64,000 nt of DNA from Marsupella aquatica (GCA_973895155.1 OZ316894.1:8890234-8954233), one strand, 5' to 3'. Shown: positions 11,390-27,530, numbered from the stretch's first letter. Numbers and translations: made by a program. The notes: generated by a model from the letters alone, not told the origin.

Positions 11390-14300
11390 GTTTCGTTGAA
11401 TTCGGACCCACGAGGCTAGCATCCAAAATGAGTGCGGCAATCGCCCCCAGTGAGAAATCCAACTTCAACTTGTGAGCAGCCGAAGCAACCCCGGAAACAT
11501 GCATTGGCCTTCTTCCACCTAGTGATGCTCGAGTTGCTTCTCCGCGAGATGAGAATTACCGAGACCTCCACTCCATCCCAAACTGGAAACGGAAAGAAAT
11601 TGTTGTTCAGATTAGTTTGCCAGAACCGTATTCTCTAGGCGGCATGCGCTGTCCTGCCCTGCTGTCTTCTTCTCCTTCAGATCCTTACCTGGAAGCCACT
11701 TCTCCGACGGTAGACTACCAGCATGCGCGAGGTCCTGCGTACGGAGTGCCCAGGCAGAGTCTCTAATCGAGAGAGAGCGAGAGGAGCGGAAGAGACGCGG
11801 GTTGCTACATCTGCGTGAATCATACACGAGAGAGTAGCACTCGCAGAATGCGATTGGCAAATATTTACTCTGTGAGATCAAATAGAGGGGAAGCAACGAG
11901 AAGCAAGGTGGAGGGAGATCGGAGCTAAACAATGTACGTGTACTACCCTACAGGTGTGCAGTGTGGGCAAAGGCGAAGTAAAATGTACGCTTTAGTTAAA
12001 GGAAAGAAAGGAAAGGAAAGGCAACAACAGGGAGTTACAATGGATATAGATGTGTTTGTTTAGCAAAGTGGCGTGTACCCATTGGATCTCAACAAGAATG
12101 ACTCCCAACTCGCATGTGAGCCTCCAACAAGATTCAATGAAACATAGAATCGGAAGACCATACAGCAACCTATGATAACGGGTGCAAAGCCCCCCTTTTA
12201 CACTACAGTAGCTATTCTATAGATCTGATCCCGAGAATCCTAGACGTGGGTCCACCATCCCTCAGAGTACCACGCCGTCCCCACACAGCGCCTTTCCTCC
12301 TGCTTTTCCGGAACAGTCGGGAAAGGCGTCTTTCAGTAGGAAAGCTTTTCGGAGAAGTGGCGCTCTGATGTGATACGAGAGTTAAACTAGGACGGTCACA
12401 GCCGAAAACCCTCGTCAGGTGTCAAAACGCATGGGCCAATGCCATTTGGGAAGAGTTTGAAGTCGCCCAGACAGAATGAAGGCCCTACCTAATGCATCAG
12501 AACAGCAAAAATACGCGGATAAAGCAATGACCACCCCAAGTGACAGTATGTCCAGGCTGCGGATTGTGTGCTACTTTCTTCTTAATGAAGGGAAGTCAGA
12601 ATAGATTCTGGTCGGCTGGTCGGTCACCCTCAAAGTCGAGGACCTTCTCTCTACTTTACATAGCCTGAGTAATAAGTTCTCTTCATAGCTGCGTTGGTCA
12701 AGAGGGAAGGACGCTCGGTGGGAGAAGGCTAAGTTTTCAATTACCAGAATGTCGGAGAAGTGAATTTTGTGGCTCACCAGAACATTAAGTTTTCTCGCTC
12801 GGTGTAATTGGGGCTTCTCGGCAAAGGCACCTGATCCTGTCTTCTTTTCTACGCCGCTGCGAACCCTCCAACGGTTCAGATGCTCAGAGAGCTGCCGGTC
12901 AAAGATGGAGGGCCCGCCCTTTAACAACTCTATAATATGGGCTTGAATCGGAATTTTTCCAAAAGAAGCTTGACTGATGATGGACCAGGTTGGTACCAAA
13001 CGACTTCTATCATGACACATCCGTTTCCCAAGGAGAGTGCATGAGAGCTCAAGATGCTTGGCGAGGTGTTTACATCTCGCCATTCATCTGAATGTAACAT
13101 GAAAACCCGCCCCGCATTTTTGGGGCTCATTAGCGAAAGGGCCCGGTACGAGTGGCAGCCGCTAGCCGTCTTCTGCGGGATGTTTTCTCTACAGTGCTCC
13201 AAAGTAGTCACGCCTTCTACTGTTTCTTACCATCGCCACCATACACGGTGCTTCACTTTCTCCACCTCGCTCGGTACTACTGTCGGGTGTCGCGAGCAGC
13301 AGCAGCGGGGTTGCTCGACACCAGCTTTCACGGACATAAACGAGTTATTGTTAGCTCATCCGCTTTCCCAAGAAAGAATATAATTATGATGCAACGCTGA
13401 AACGTTGTCGAGAAATATCCTTAGTTGAGGAACTTTTAGGTCAACTAAAATGACAGACAAATTTGAATGAAGTCATGCCTCACGAGATTTAAAGGAGCAC
13501 AAGATGATGATGTTAGTGTATTGTTGACGCCCCACCGTTGAGGCAAACTGTGATGAAATATTCTTCGAGATCTTGAATGAGGGTAGGATGGGTGTCATGG
13601 TTATGAGTATGCCTTTCTGCACTCGAGTTCCACATTGAACGGAGCATGATGGAACCTAAGGGTGACGCTAAAATGGTGGAACCCAAATTCCGCGAAATAT
13701 TGAAGGATAAAAGACAACTCAAAATGCCGCATTCTGGCTTGTCTGACCTGAGCAATTTCAAGAAGGCCGACGAGGAATTTATGCTTGAAACTTTTCTAGA
13801 TCTTCGTCGGTGGTGGTACCTCGAATGGGAGACGGTAGTTTGGCGTCTACATTGAAGCCTCCTCGCCGAGAGTCCCTCTTAGCCTTAAGGCCAATTATTT
13901 CTAAATCACCCGGAATCCAACTCGTCTGAGCACCACGGATTCACAAAGGTAGTCACGTCGAGAATCCAACTCTTCGGTTGCTACACATCTCTGCTGTATT
14001 CTGAAGTTATGCAGTCTGAACTGCTATAAACCATCCTTCGAAACTCATAGACGCAGGAGGAGAAGCAGTGCTGCTGAAGTAGTTGAAAACCATTGCTGTG
14101 GGGATTTTGCTGGTGGAATGGCCGATGGAGAAAGCCCGGTCTAGATATCTTCAGTGCGATCAATTCAAAGGTTGCATAAGAACTGTGCGGGTCCAGTCAC
14201 AAGATAGTCGATCCCTCACCAACGGTATTTTAACGGTCCCTAGACTTGTCAGAGTCAATTCCCTGAACTAAAGCATCAATAATACGAAGATTCAGCCGTC

Positions 14301-16093
14301 CGAGCCATGGATTTACCTTCAAATATGCTAAGCTGGAAGAGTGAGCTCACCGTCTCCCGCTGGGAAACGCATCCCTAATCACTAACTGCTCTGCACGCAC
14401 TCATCACCCAAATGTAAACCAAAAGTCTTACAGGGGGATCGATTCTCGGTAGCATTTATGCCAATTGCGAGAGCATACAGCATCCTCGAAGAATGTTCAA
14501 ACATTGACTTCCTCTGCCACGCTTGTAGTAGCACACATCCTGGTACTGAGCTCCGCTTCTGCACAATCGTCGCATTCCTATGAAGCTCATTGCAATGATG
14601 GTCTTGAGACGAATAGCAGCTGGAGGATAAAATAGCTTTCATCATGTTCATTTCTTGCAAGAATTATTGACGAGTATAAGTTTTCATCGTAAGGACGTTT
14701 GCAGCATCGCAGTCTTCTGCACACATCATGAAAACTTGGGTTGAGGCTTTCCTAGGGAATTCGGCTTGACCCCATTCCCGCGGCACGAAGGAAATAAAAC
14801 TTGAGAATTCCATATCTAACGTGAGACTGATGCATTTTATAGAGAGGACGGATGGGAGGTCGATGACAGAAGATTGCCCGCACTAAAAAATCTGGGAAAG
14901 TACATCAGTAGCTTGGTGACGAGCCTCCTTAACTTTCATCAGGAAGGTAATTGACAAAGCAGGCTTACAGTCAGCGTATGGTGTTCATTGAGTTTCAATG
15001 AGATAACGCTGCCTATAAAGAGCATCAGAGCCAACGACAGATACAAAAGGATAGAATTACTCAGCAAACCGCACGAGTCTCTGTAGTGATTAACTACGTT
15101 GAAATATTTATGGTTTCACCTCACGATGAGCGAAAATTTATATCAATCGGGTCCAGCATGAGCTTGTTAACACAAACGATCCGGAACATTGAGGAAGCAC
15201 GTGTGCGATATACGGTACATTGACGTGGAAACTCACCAAATAGATGACAAACATAGTAGAAAAAATTCTCCATCAATCATTCTATCCTGACAGCAGTTCA
15301 CGCTACTAAGAAATTGTGAACTGCTCTCAATAGTGTAAAGTCACTTGATTAAACAATATGTTGTAAGCGCAGAACCCTTCCCAGATTCATACTCGTACTA
15401 TGTCTCCAGGTGCAAAAGATATTACCAGAAGGTTGTCTGAACTCCATGCTTACGTCCAGGAAAGAAATCCTAAACAATCCACAACGGAAAGGCCGGTTTG
15501 AATCCGGCGTTCCTTTACAAAACAAACGTCCTATATTGCAGGATCAAAATAATTATTTCCAACTGTTTTGACCCGGGAAAGCATCTTTGACATGAAATTC
15601 TACAATGAAGAATCAGACTAGGATAGAGCTCATCCACATGCCGCTTTAGATTCATGAGGCAATTCGTACATGCACACTGCAATGAAACATCTCACGATGT
15701 ACTGAAAGTCTTGGTCTAGAGCCAGTTGAGGCGTCTTGCCAAGTACTCTATACAACAAAATGATCAACGATCCACTGGAATCTGAAATCCTGCACCTCAT
15801 GAATAAGGCTAGAAACATCTCTAATTCCTCATCCCTCATACGAGATAAGTTGCACCATAAATTACGGGTGCAAGGATCACACCCGCGTGGAGATTCCTTT
15901 GACTTTTAGCCTCCATACCAACCTGTTAGTCCTAGGGAGGCCGCTGTAGCTTCATGTCAGCAATCTAATCAACGAGTTCAAAACGGACGACATCCAAAAT
16001 ATGGCATCTTTCACTCTTCACGAAAGAATGAAGTCCCGTGAGCATAATAATACAAAATGCGTGCGGCAAAAGGGAGTTGTGCTTTGCCATGGT

Positions 16094-17965
<1,872 letters not shown>

Positions 17966-19171
17966 TGTGGCGACACTCTATCTCGATTCTCCAGATATAG
18001 CTCGCCCGTCACTTCGACAAACCCGCGGGAGAGCTCCACGCAGCTTCCATAATGGCCACAACCTCCACCTACGCGATCACAAAATGAAAACCGATAGATT
18101 TGGCCTTAACAAAGGAGGCGCTCTGAAAACTGACCACAAACCTCGTGTTACCAACCAGGTCTGCCAAATTACTAAAAAAGGCACGGTTCACGTTGCCATC
18201 CTGTTCGTCCCTTAGGGTTCTCAATCAGCACGCCAACTTGAACTTTATCCACCCTCCTAAAGCACCTGCCTCCTCAGAAATACTGTATAGCAATCGTTGT
18301 CGTACAAAGCAGAAGAAACACTACGGAAGCACTAGGACATGTTTACAGGAAAGTAGGTAATCGGCATTCCCAGGAATAACTAACTGCGTCTGCAACCTGT
18401 GTCGTCGAACCATTTAAGTACCTTCGGTACATAAACAGAAAATGGCACAATCCCGCAAAAATCAAACACTCTGCCCACCCACTCGCTCTCTTCGCGCCTC
18501 TCTCATAATTTCTTCAATTTGCCGCCGTAATGGATCGTTCGTCGCACGGAACTCTTCGACAGCCTTAAACAGGTTCAAGACCCTCTTCAGGGGACAGCTG
18601 ACTGGAAAGATTCAAATCTCAAATTCACAATGCCCTAACTATTACGAAATCTCTGGCAGTAACAAAAATACATTTCGACACTCCCCCTAAAAGCTCGTAA
18701 ACCAGGTTCAGAGAGAATCTCTCCGGTTTCGGGGCTGAGACCTCACGGCCTTGAATAAAACAAAAAGGCGCTCCCCCTTTTTCGAATTCTTTAGCTTACA
18801 TTCGACTTCCCAATCTCATACAGGCAATTCTGCAGAAAGGTACACTGCTCCAGGATTGGCGTACTCTCACCACATACAGACAACTAAATCCAAGAAACTG
18901 TGTTTTTAAATAGATACCGCCACGGTAATACTTTGTTTGGAAGATATTCTGCAAGTCTGTAACACCAGAAGCACTCACAGAGTACAGGGGCTTTGGACGA
19001 TCCGTCTCTTCTCTCAAGAACGAGACCCCCGCATGCGCTCCCTCCGCATCTGTGGATGGTCGGTTGAATCACCAACTTACTTGCTGTCCTGAGAAATGTG
19101 GAGCGTTCCACCTCAGAAGCAATTCCATTGAACAAACGTACCAGGCTATAAATCCACCCATCCATCCATCA

Positions 19172-19518
19172 TATCATAAATAACAGTAGGGTACCAACAT
19201 TACAGGCAAGGGAAGGAGCGACAGCAACTCCGACCCGAGTCTTCACAGAGTGCACGAGAATTGCCAATATCAAAACCAACAGAAGGGTACCAACATTATA
19301 TGCAAGGGAAGGAGCAATAGCAAAGTGCACGAGAATTGCCAATATCATAACCAACAGAGTACCTACAGTATACGCACGGGATGCAGCAACAGCACAGTGC
19401 ACGAGAATTGTCAATATCATAAAAGACAACAGTAGGGTACCGACATTGCACGTAAGGGCGGAAGCGATAGCAACTCCTACCCAAGTCTACTTCACAGAGC
19501 GCACGAGAATTGCCAATT
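19172..19518. repeat. Degenerate tandem repeat (about 4 units, ~70-100 bp)
   Basis: Recurring GTGCACGAGAATTGCCAATATC and CAACAGTAGGGTACC blocks. Confidence 0.8.
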
Positions 19519-20137
19519 CGGCATTCTGGAAATCAGTCACTAGTCGAGTAAAGCGTAGGCTCGAGACAGAGTGAGCTCTCGAAATCGTTCATTCTTCTTG
19601 TCTGTCGCTTTGCCGAGTCCCAAACCTATTCCCTCTCATCAGTTTCAAAAGACGGCCTGTCCCTTTCGTACTCGCTGTCCCCGCCCATACCACCCGTGCC
19701 GGGTCGGACCGGGCCGAAGCGTTGGCCGGACCGCCGGAGGGACTTCCGTCGACGAGGCTTGTAATAATTAATTACAGTAGACGGCCAAGTTCAGGCCTAT
19801 CTATTAAGCAGAGGCTTTGACGGCCGTCGGTATAAATGAACTCCGACATGATTTTGTGTTGATTTGAGTACACTAATTGTAATGTGTAAGCAAATAATAA
19901 AAATAAAAATAAAAATTAATAAAAAAAAATCTTGCATTACCTCTATTTTTCTAAGTGCAACAACAAATCTTGCATTACCCCTATTTTCCTACGTGCAACT
20001 GCCTGGCTATCAACAACTACCTGGTTAATAACATCCCTTTTGGGGACTCCCTTTTAGCTAGTGAGCTCGCTAGCCATAAGGAGCCTTTCAAAAAACACAA
20101 AAGATGTAAAAGGCACCAAAAAGCAACTGAAATTTGA

Positions 20138-20223
20138 AACCATTATTGTCTCGTTATCAAAATCTCCTCACTATCAACCATTATTGTCTCGTTATCAAAA
20201 TCTCCTCACTATCAAAATCTCCT
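20138..20223. repeat. Short tandem duplication (~38 bp x2)
   Basis: aaccattattgtctcgttatcaaaatctcctcactatc is repeated directly. Confidence 0.85.
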
Positions 20224-21029
20224 GTTTGATCGCAACATAGAATACCTCATTTGAGTATGGTGTTAAACCGCAACTCCCGGTATTGCCCTGTAGTGCAATC
20301 GGGGGTCCTTTCATTCTGTACTCTGCTGCCCGGGCCCACCCACTACTGCTGCCTGAGCCCACCGTCCTGCAATGCTCCGGGCCTCACCTTCCTGACGTGC
20401 GACATTTGCTCGTGATCGTATGCTAGTCCCGGGCTCCCTCTCCTGTGCTTATCCTGTGAAAGACTCGACGATTTCACAAAGAGATTTAAATTTTTGCACT
20501 AATGTTAAATAGGAATTGCATTCTGCCAGTTGTGTTGTCCCTTCGTCTTCCATGGCGGATGCATCAAGGTTGTCGTCCTCCCGTCCGCCTCCATGTCCAG
20601 TGCTCAATAGGTAAGGAGACGTTGTAGCATAAAGCCTGCAGCTCGATGCAGGTTCTCACCATGTCTCCGTTCCACTTTCTTGACGTCTGAAGTTTGTGTA
20701 ATTGAAGTGACAAAGGTCTCATCTATCTTGTAGCTATCCAAAGTTGTCGTGTTTCTGTGAAGGGCGATTTACAATCTAGACTCCAAGGGGATCAGCAGCT
20801 GACAATTCTTGAAGCTATTTCTCTTCCTTGGTTGCTTTGTGTCGATGCATCGTTGCTTTTATGACGTTCTTGCATTCAAGAGTGGGATGATATATAAGGA
20901 CAATGAGTTACGCTGTGAGAAGGAAGAGTGAGGAATTTGAGATTGTCGATTTTCCCATGGTCTCTCAAGTGGGTTTGACAGGAGAGCAGAGGAAACGGCT
21001 CGTGATTTCTCTTTTTTAGTTACATACAC

Positions 21030-23640
21030 CATAATACGGGGATGAAGCTCTTGGAGTTAATTATCTCCCACACAACTCCTGAAATCAAGACTTCATTACA
21101 TCCAAGATGCCTCTGGTACCTGACTAGAGGCGAATAAGTCATTGCTTGAGAGCCTAGAGGCAAGGATTGATGAGGGCGTGGCGATCCTCACAACTCATAT
21201 AGATTCCCATTTCGCAGTCATTCAAAGCCACTGTACAACAATGGCTTCCTTTTCTTACATCTCTCATGAAAAAATCTGTCATACTATGATTTGTTTTTTT
21301 CTGATATGTCTCCTGAGAAACCAGTGACAGTATGATTCATTACTTTTCTTAGGTACCTTGAGAGATATAAGGAAAGTCTCTCGATGCAGGTTCTCACCAT
21401 GAGACAGGACTTTCCTGATATTGAGTTGCAGAGATATAATGAAAGTATCAAGCTCCAGGGTCTCACCATGAGAGAGATATAAGACAGGTAGGTTCTCATC
21501 ATTCTGCCGTTTCAAACGAGACGAGACTTTTCTTACATCTCTGCTCAGTAACTCAATCAGTACGTGAGACAAGACTTTTGTTAGATCTCTCCTGAGAAAT
21601 CGTAGCAAAATTATCTCTTTGTAGCCCAAATTGGTTATCATCCAGTCCAAGCCAATGTCGCCAGCTTATGCCAAGAGCAATGTTGTGAGAATGCAGGTTT
21701 TCCTTCAGATTTATCATTATCCAATTCTACTAACATTCACAGCCATTTGTAATGCCTTCTTGGCTATGGCCGCCGACCTCGGAGTAGTAGTCGTGTTCAT
21801 CGCGCAGACTCTTTTGAGTACTCCTGCGCAAGGTGAATGTCAACGTTCTTGCATCCATAAGTGGCTTTTGGTTTTTTCCCATTCATCCTTGATTGCTTGA
21901 ATCCATCCAACTCTCTGTCCATGTGTAGGTAGGGAATCCCCAGTCTGAAAAGCATACCAATGGCGTGAAGTAAGGACCCAAGTGGGATGTGATACCCACA
22001 AGTGCAGTATATGTCAATCTTGCACATAATGTGGAATGATAGAGTTGAGAAGTAACTAGAGGTGATCCCCTAAACTCACCTGTAATAAAAGGCCAATCAT
22101 GACCCTTCTCCCCACAACCAACCCGGATGGACCAAAGTTGATGGAACTCTTTAATATGCTCCACTCTAGGAGTCAAAGAGCAGCTAGGGATGTGACATCT
22201 AGGAAGGAGTTCATCGACGAAGTCGGACACCGAGTGTCGTTCTATGAAACCCACTTTGGTAGGGTTGTGTGGACGGGCTCTAGATGTGGGTTGGGAGTCT
22301 AGTGTGACATCCGTTTGGGAATCCAACACCTCAGTGACACTAGGTTGAGAATCCAATACAATCTATGGGTCATGTTCATCTACTCTACAACCAGCCCGAG
22401 CAGTCTACAAATAATGGATAGGCAAGAAACATAAGACAACATACGACCAAACCAATATGCACCTTCATGTGAGAGTAGGCACAAAGTATACCAAACTGTG
22501 TACAAAATAAAGCTTGTAGAATACCTCCAACCCTAGAGCCCCCAAAGCATCACGATCATCATCTCCAAATATGTTCTCGTTCTCACGCGCAAAGGATCCA
22601 TAATCATCCTCATGCACGTCGTACTGTGGAGTATATGTCACCTAACAAAATAGTTCAGACACAACATGACCTTATGAGGATTCCTCAGACCTTGATTGTA
22701 CAAATGAAATCAAAAGTAAACATAGAAATGACAATTAGCTGCACTTTTCTAGAATTGGATTGTCACAACCTCAGAGAAGAGACCTCCCGAGAATAGACCA
22801 TCTGCAAATAGTGGCTCTAAAACCTGGGGCGGTTGCTGCTCCTCAATATGAATATGCCTATGAGTGTCGGGAATGCTCATGTCCTCCGTCTGATTTGTGC
22901 CACCAAATACGTTGAGGTAACTTTTTTTTGAGATATTGATAAGGAGTTACATTAATGATGTGTGTGGTTGTGATGATTTGTGACCTTTCACATGGTATAT
23001 GAAAAACTAATTTTCTTTATCATTTGTCTGTTTATGTAGTGAAGGCATACACTCCTAAAGGGCAACCAAATATCCACATCCCTAAAATTTATTTCCCATA
23101 TAATAAGAACTTTCATACAATAATGGCTCTTGGAGATGACCTCAAACCACCTCATGAGGTCTATGGTGTGATGAGTTGGGTCTGGATCCAAGGTTTGTGC
23201 TATGGCTACATCGGATGGACCTCCCTGGTCAACAGGTGCCTCATGCACAAAAGCCTCTTGCATGATAAATGATGCCTCCGCTGCACGCCACCTCCTCAAG
23301 TGCTCGATGCGCTCACGTGACATGTCAAGTAACCAGACAGTGTATAATTGTAGCATGTTGTGTTAGGATCATCGCCCAATAAGAGCCTCAACTCCTCCCA
23401 CTCATCCCATCGCTCAAGTGGGACCCGGATCGCAGGCTTGGCATCATTCTGGTCTCCTTCTCTTTTTGTAATCTATGACATCACTAGGATACTTTGGTCT
23501 TGGAGGACCACCACCCTGAGGAGGACGTCTACGACGGGCAGTAGGAAGGTCAGGTGGCTCACCCCCGGGCTCACCAGGAGTACTCATAGTGTCACTACCT
23601 AAAAAGAAAGAAATAGCAAAATGAAGACCAAATGCCAAGC
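21030..23640 (-). pseudogene. Decayed DNA-transposon transposase (Kolobok / 'Mutator-like' DDE type), fragmented
   Basis: Minus-strand fragments: PRCHIPSC...IRVGCGEKGHDWPF (C/H Zn motif), LYHSTLCARLTYTALVGITSHLG, WYAFQTG...GWIQAIKDEWEKTK, then SHCCTVALNDCEMG and GDNNSKSF. Stops, frameshifts and an internal repeat block (21250-21600) interrupt them. Confidence 0.45.
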
Positions 23641-25090
23641 CCCTCGAGTGACTAAGGAAACAAAGAGCAAAAAAAATGTATGAAATGGTCCCTAACTAAT
23701 CCAATGTGCAACCTATCTCATTGCACAAATGAACTAATGGTCTCGAAATTATTCATTTATGATCCATACCCCCCCTCACCACTGGACACTAGTCTCCCAT
23801 TGGATATCATAAAACGCCTTAGATCATTGGAAGGCATTGGATTTCAGATCCAAGGGCCCTAGTAATGTACCATACCCAACCACAACACATGATTTATTTT
23901 TCACGATCACCTTATGGTGTGCACAAGGCATTTTAGGGCCGTTCTATTGATCATTGGACGGCCCAAATCTCGCACTATGGTCAAGACCCTGTGGAACTCC
24001 GCAAGTGCAGGTATGGTCATGATCATCACCATAAAAGTGGTGAAAGGCAAGGCTCGAGCTCAAGGCCTCCCCTATACTAGCCAGATACACCAACCACCAG
24101 GCCATCGAGGCTGATGTACTAAGCCAAATTATAAATTATACAAGAATATAAAATAAGAGTTTGGTGGGGTCGTGCTGGAACTGCTGCCCGGAATGCTGCC
24201 CAACTAATTCAAAATTCAAAAATTTAGCTTGGACGAATCAGAATTCAGGGAAATTGAATTGGTCCTTCCGGGCTCGCTTTCGGGCTTATTTTGGCTCAAT
24301 ACTTTCTGCAATTTTTCCCAGTCGTAGATCTCCTCAAGATCTTTCAGCCGATCCCAAGGTCTCATCGAATGGTGCAGTATCGGCGTCAAGGCGAGTCAAA
24401 ATTGCTCGGCCTGAAAAAGGCGCACTGTCCCAGAAAGAGGCGCGACACTTGATTCAGTTCATTAATGTTGGGTCTGGGTTACCCGGAGTTCTTTATACTA
24501 GGATTTGCGGTTTAACTCACTTTAATGAAACTTTTTTTTGGCCTGCCCCAACCTATGTGAAGTTACAAGCACTTGCTGCAATGAGTTCCCTTGCCCGGTC
24601 TAAATAACGATAAATGAACAGCCGAGTATAGGGCTTTATTCTGGACGAGGACCAGCTATAAGGGTAGTTATGACAGTAGTATGGAAACATGGTCATGGTG
24701 AGATAAAGATGTTAATATATATGATACCCACAAATTAAAAATTAGTTCAAATGTCCTGTGGTTATTACTAGGGTAACCCCCAAACTAATTACAAACCTTA
24801 CCCCAAACTATTTTTGTTATTACATTGCATCACAAATAGTATATGAGTCTAAGTAACCTATGTTCCTGCCCATAGGAATGCTTGATTGGTCCAAAGCCTG
24901 AAGGCCCCAACAATACACAGAGGTATGCACACTAATGTGATTTGAGTTTCCCCAGGACTGCAGCATATCACTTTCTTGACAGTTTTTGAAGAAGGAAAAC
25001 AAACCAGAAGGAATTGCATGATTGGTGGGCACCGGGCAGGTGTTCACAGATGGCAAGTGAGTAGGGGTGACTAGAGGAGAGTGGATGGGT

Positions 25091-25378
25091 CTCGGGGGGT
25101 TGACTATAAGAAATCTTAGGAACCACGTGCGATCCAAAATATGTATTTTTGATAGAAATTAACTAAATTTTTAAAAAGCATAGGAGGCAAAAGAAGGTAT
25201 TATAAACTCATGTTTATAGAATATACTCTAATATATACTTTTTATAAAATAAAATAAGTTATTAATATTGAAAAATGGAGAATATTCTTAGAATATTGTC
25301 TTTATAAAATAGGTCTATTTATATTAGGCTAGGATCGCACGTGGTGCCCCAAAATATATACTTAGTTAACCCCTCGAG
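25091..25378. mobile_element. MITE, copy 1 (288 bp), TIR CTCGGGGGGTTGACTA, 8-bp TSD GGATGGGT
   Basis: TSD at 25083-25090 and 25379-25386. Right end reads TAGTTAACCCCTCGAG. Internal inverted motif CCACGTGCGATCC/GGATCGCACGTGG. Full-length homolog at 52511-52797. Confidence 0.93.
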
Positions 25379-27530
25379 GGATGGGTTAGGCTAATCCAGT
25401 TGGAGTAACAATCAAGCGCTCTCATGAGCAGGAATATGGATTACTTAGACTTGCATACTATTTGAGGGGCATGATAGTAATAAAAATAGTTTGGGGTTCA
25501 CATCGGCAATAACACTCAATTTGGGAGTTAACCTAGTAAAAAGTTTTTCACCTAATTTCTTGAACTTGCAAGTGTTTTTCAACATATTTTTATTGGAAAG
25601 ATGACACTGTAAAAATGAGGCATTTGGTTGATAGAGTCCAACCCAAACTTTTCTCCACAACCAACCCCATTAGGTTTTGAGTACGGTGATTCAAGGTTTA
25701 TCAAGGTCTATCAAGGTGTTCATGCCAAACTAGCCCGATGCCTGTGTGTTGCAGAGAAGGAAAGATGTCAAGGGTTAGAAAAGAATGTGGAGCAAAGAAA
25801 AAGATCTTTAGGTGAGGAAAATATGTGAAGGCAAGCAAAAGATATCAAGGTGAAGAAAAGATGATGATGCAAAAACATAGGTGAATTTGAGGCAAAGATG
25901 TCCTGGTGAAATGCTTGGGAGTATGTGTCACAGAGGTGTTCCCAACACTTGCAAATTCCCCAAGAAACCAAGTTACAGGGTTCTTAATATAGGTGTGCCC
26001 AGGATTTCAAGAATAAACTTCAAAAGGCATCACTGCTTGTCTTCAACTGTTGGTTAATCTTGAACCATTACCTGGAAAACTAAATCAATCTTTTATAAAT
26101 GAACCAAGGGTACTTGTGTTCAATCTGTACTTCTCAATGTAAAAGGCATCTTAACAGTGCGTAAAACTCTCCCTTCCTGGAATTGTCCTAGGTGACGGCC
26201 AGAGGGCTTTTTGTTTTGGACATCCTCTGCAAGAAGTTCATTTACATACTTTGATTCCTGCCCTGAAATTTCCTATTAATGCCAAGACAAAGCCATAAAT
26301 AATGCATGCCCACGCCCATGATGACATGTCTTTTGCCCGTGACTAAATGCTATCCTAGCTCCTTAGTGCTTTGTTATGCCAGGTCAGGTTCATGTAATTT
26401 ACAAATAAAAATTTGAATAGGAATTAAGATGGGCATGGGTGTTCCTTGGGCACGATTTGCTCTATATGTATCTACTCGTTGGTTGCTATGTGGATTGAAA
26501 TCCAGATCATCTATGTTTGCATTCTTCTCCTTGTGAGAACCTTCCAGGACAGGGGAAATGACCAATTGACAAGCAAAATGGCCAGGCAAAGCAAGATGTC
26601 CAATTCAAAAGGATGTAAATATATTGTGCATGATAAATAATAAGTACAGCTTTCACTAGCCTTGCTAGGAGTACTATTGGTCAATGAGAAAATATTATTC
26701 TATTCCTTTTCCTCCACGAGCACCCCTTTTTCCTAGGCTCAACTAACATTGTCCACCGCGCCAACCAAAAAGGTAAAGGTACGATTCTAGCACACCAGGT
26801 GCATGGCATGCAGATTGGGTATGGCTCCCAAAGGTGGCACTCCCAAGTCAATAATGAAGCCTACTGTAGCTCTCCCAAGGGAATGGGTCTTGAGACAAAA
26901 TTTGCTACATTCCATACTCTCGAAAGACCTTTTGTTGCATTTGCTGAAAAGTAGCAATGTTTTGTTCCATTAGCCAGTTTTCCATCTAGCCATAGATGCC
27001 ATTAACCAGAATCTAACCAGGTTTGTGATCAAAGGGGGTTTGTTCACAGAAGGCTGAAGTTCTTAGTCTGAATACCTAATGTACATCATGGATAGCAACA
27101 ATGAACTGATTATCTCTTGGTAGAGGACGAGAGGTCTTATGAAAATGAGCAAGGTTGAGAAAAATCATGATTGGATGGTATACATGGTACAGAATATATT
27201 CAAAGCTCACACTAAAAACACTTCACGACTCCTTGGCCTTACAAAGCGGGTTGGTGTCAATTAAAGCCTACCATAATGGACAAAACCATGCCAACCAAAC
27301 CATGTGCGCCATGTATACATTGTGCAGTTAGTATCCATCGCTTACTTTCCAAAAAATTGATAACACAAAGTTGATCAGAATGGAGCAGGCCACAAAATGT
27401 GAATGATGCCGGAACATAAACTCAAAATCAATGACAGAAAGTTGATTGGGCCAAAAGGGTGACAAAATGATAGAATATTGATTTATGTTTTGACAAACTT
27501 GGGCAGAAAGGGACTGGGATAGGTGGGATA

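Noticed and set aside
12571-14500. Possible decayed F-box gene fragments (EWRDVNTSPSIL, RLPFEV, SSSAFLKL)
   Set aside because: Matches are too short, on mixed strands and frames, and no coherent model can be built by eye.
19172-19518. Repeat array resembling CRISPR spacing
   Set aside because: The intervening segments are similar to each other and irregular in length, so it is a degenerate tandem repeat.
25400-27500. Possible decayed coding or TE region
   Set aside because: No ORF, motif or termini could be supported.
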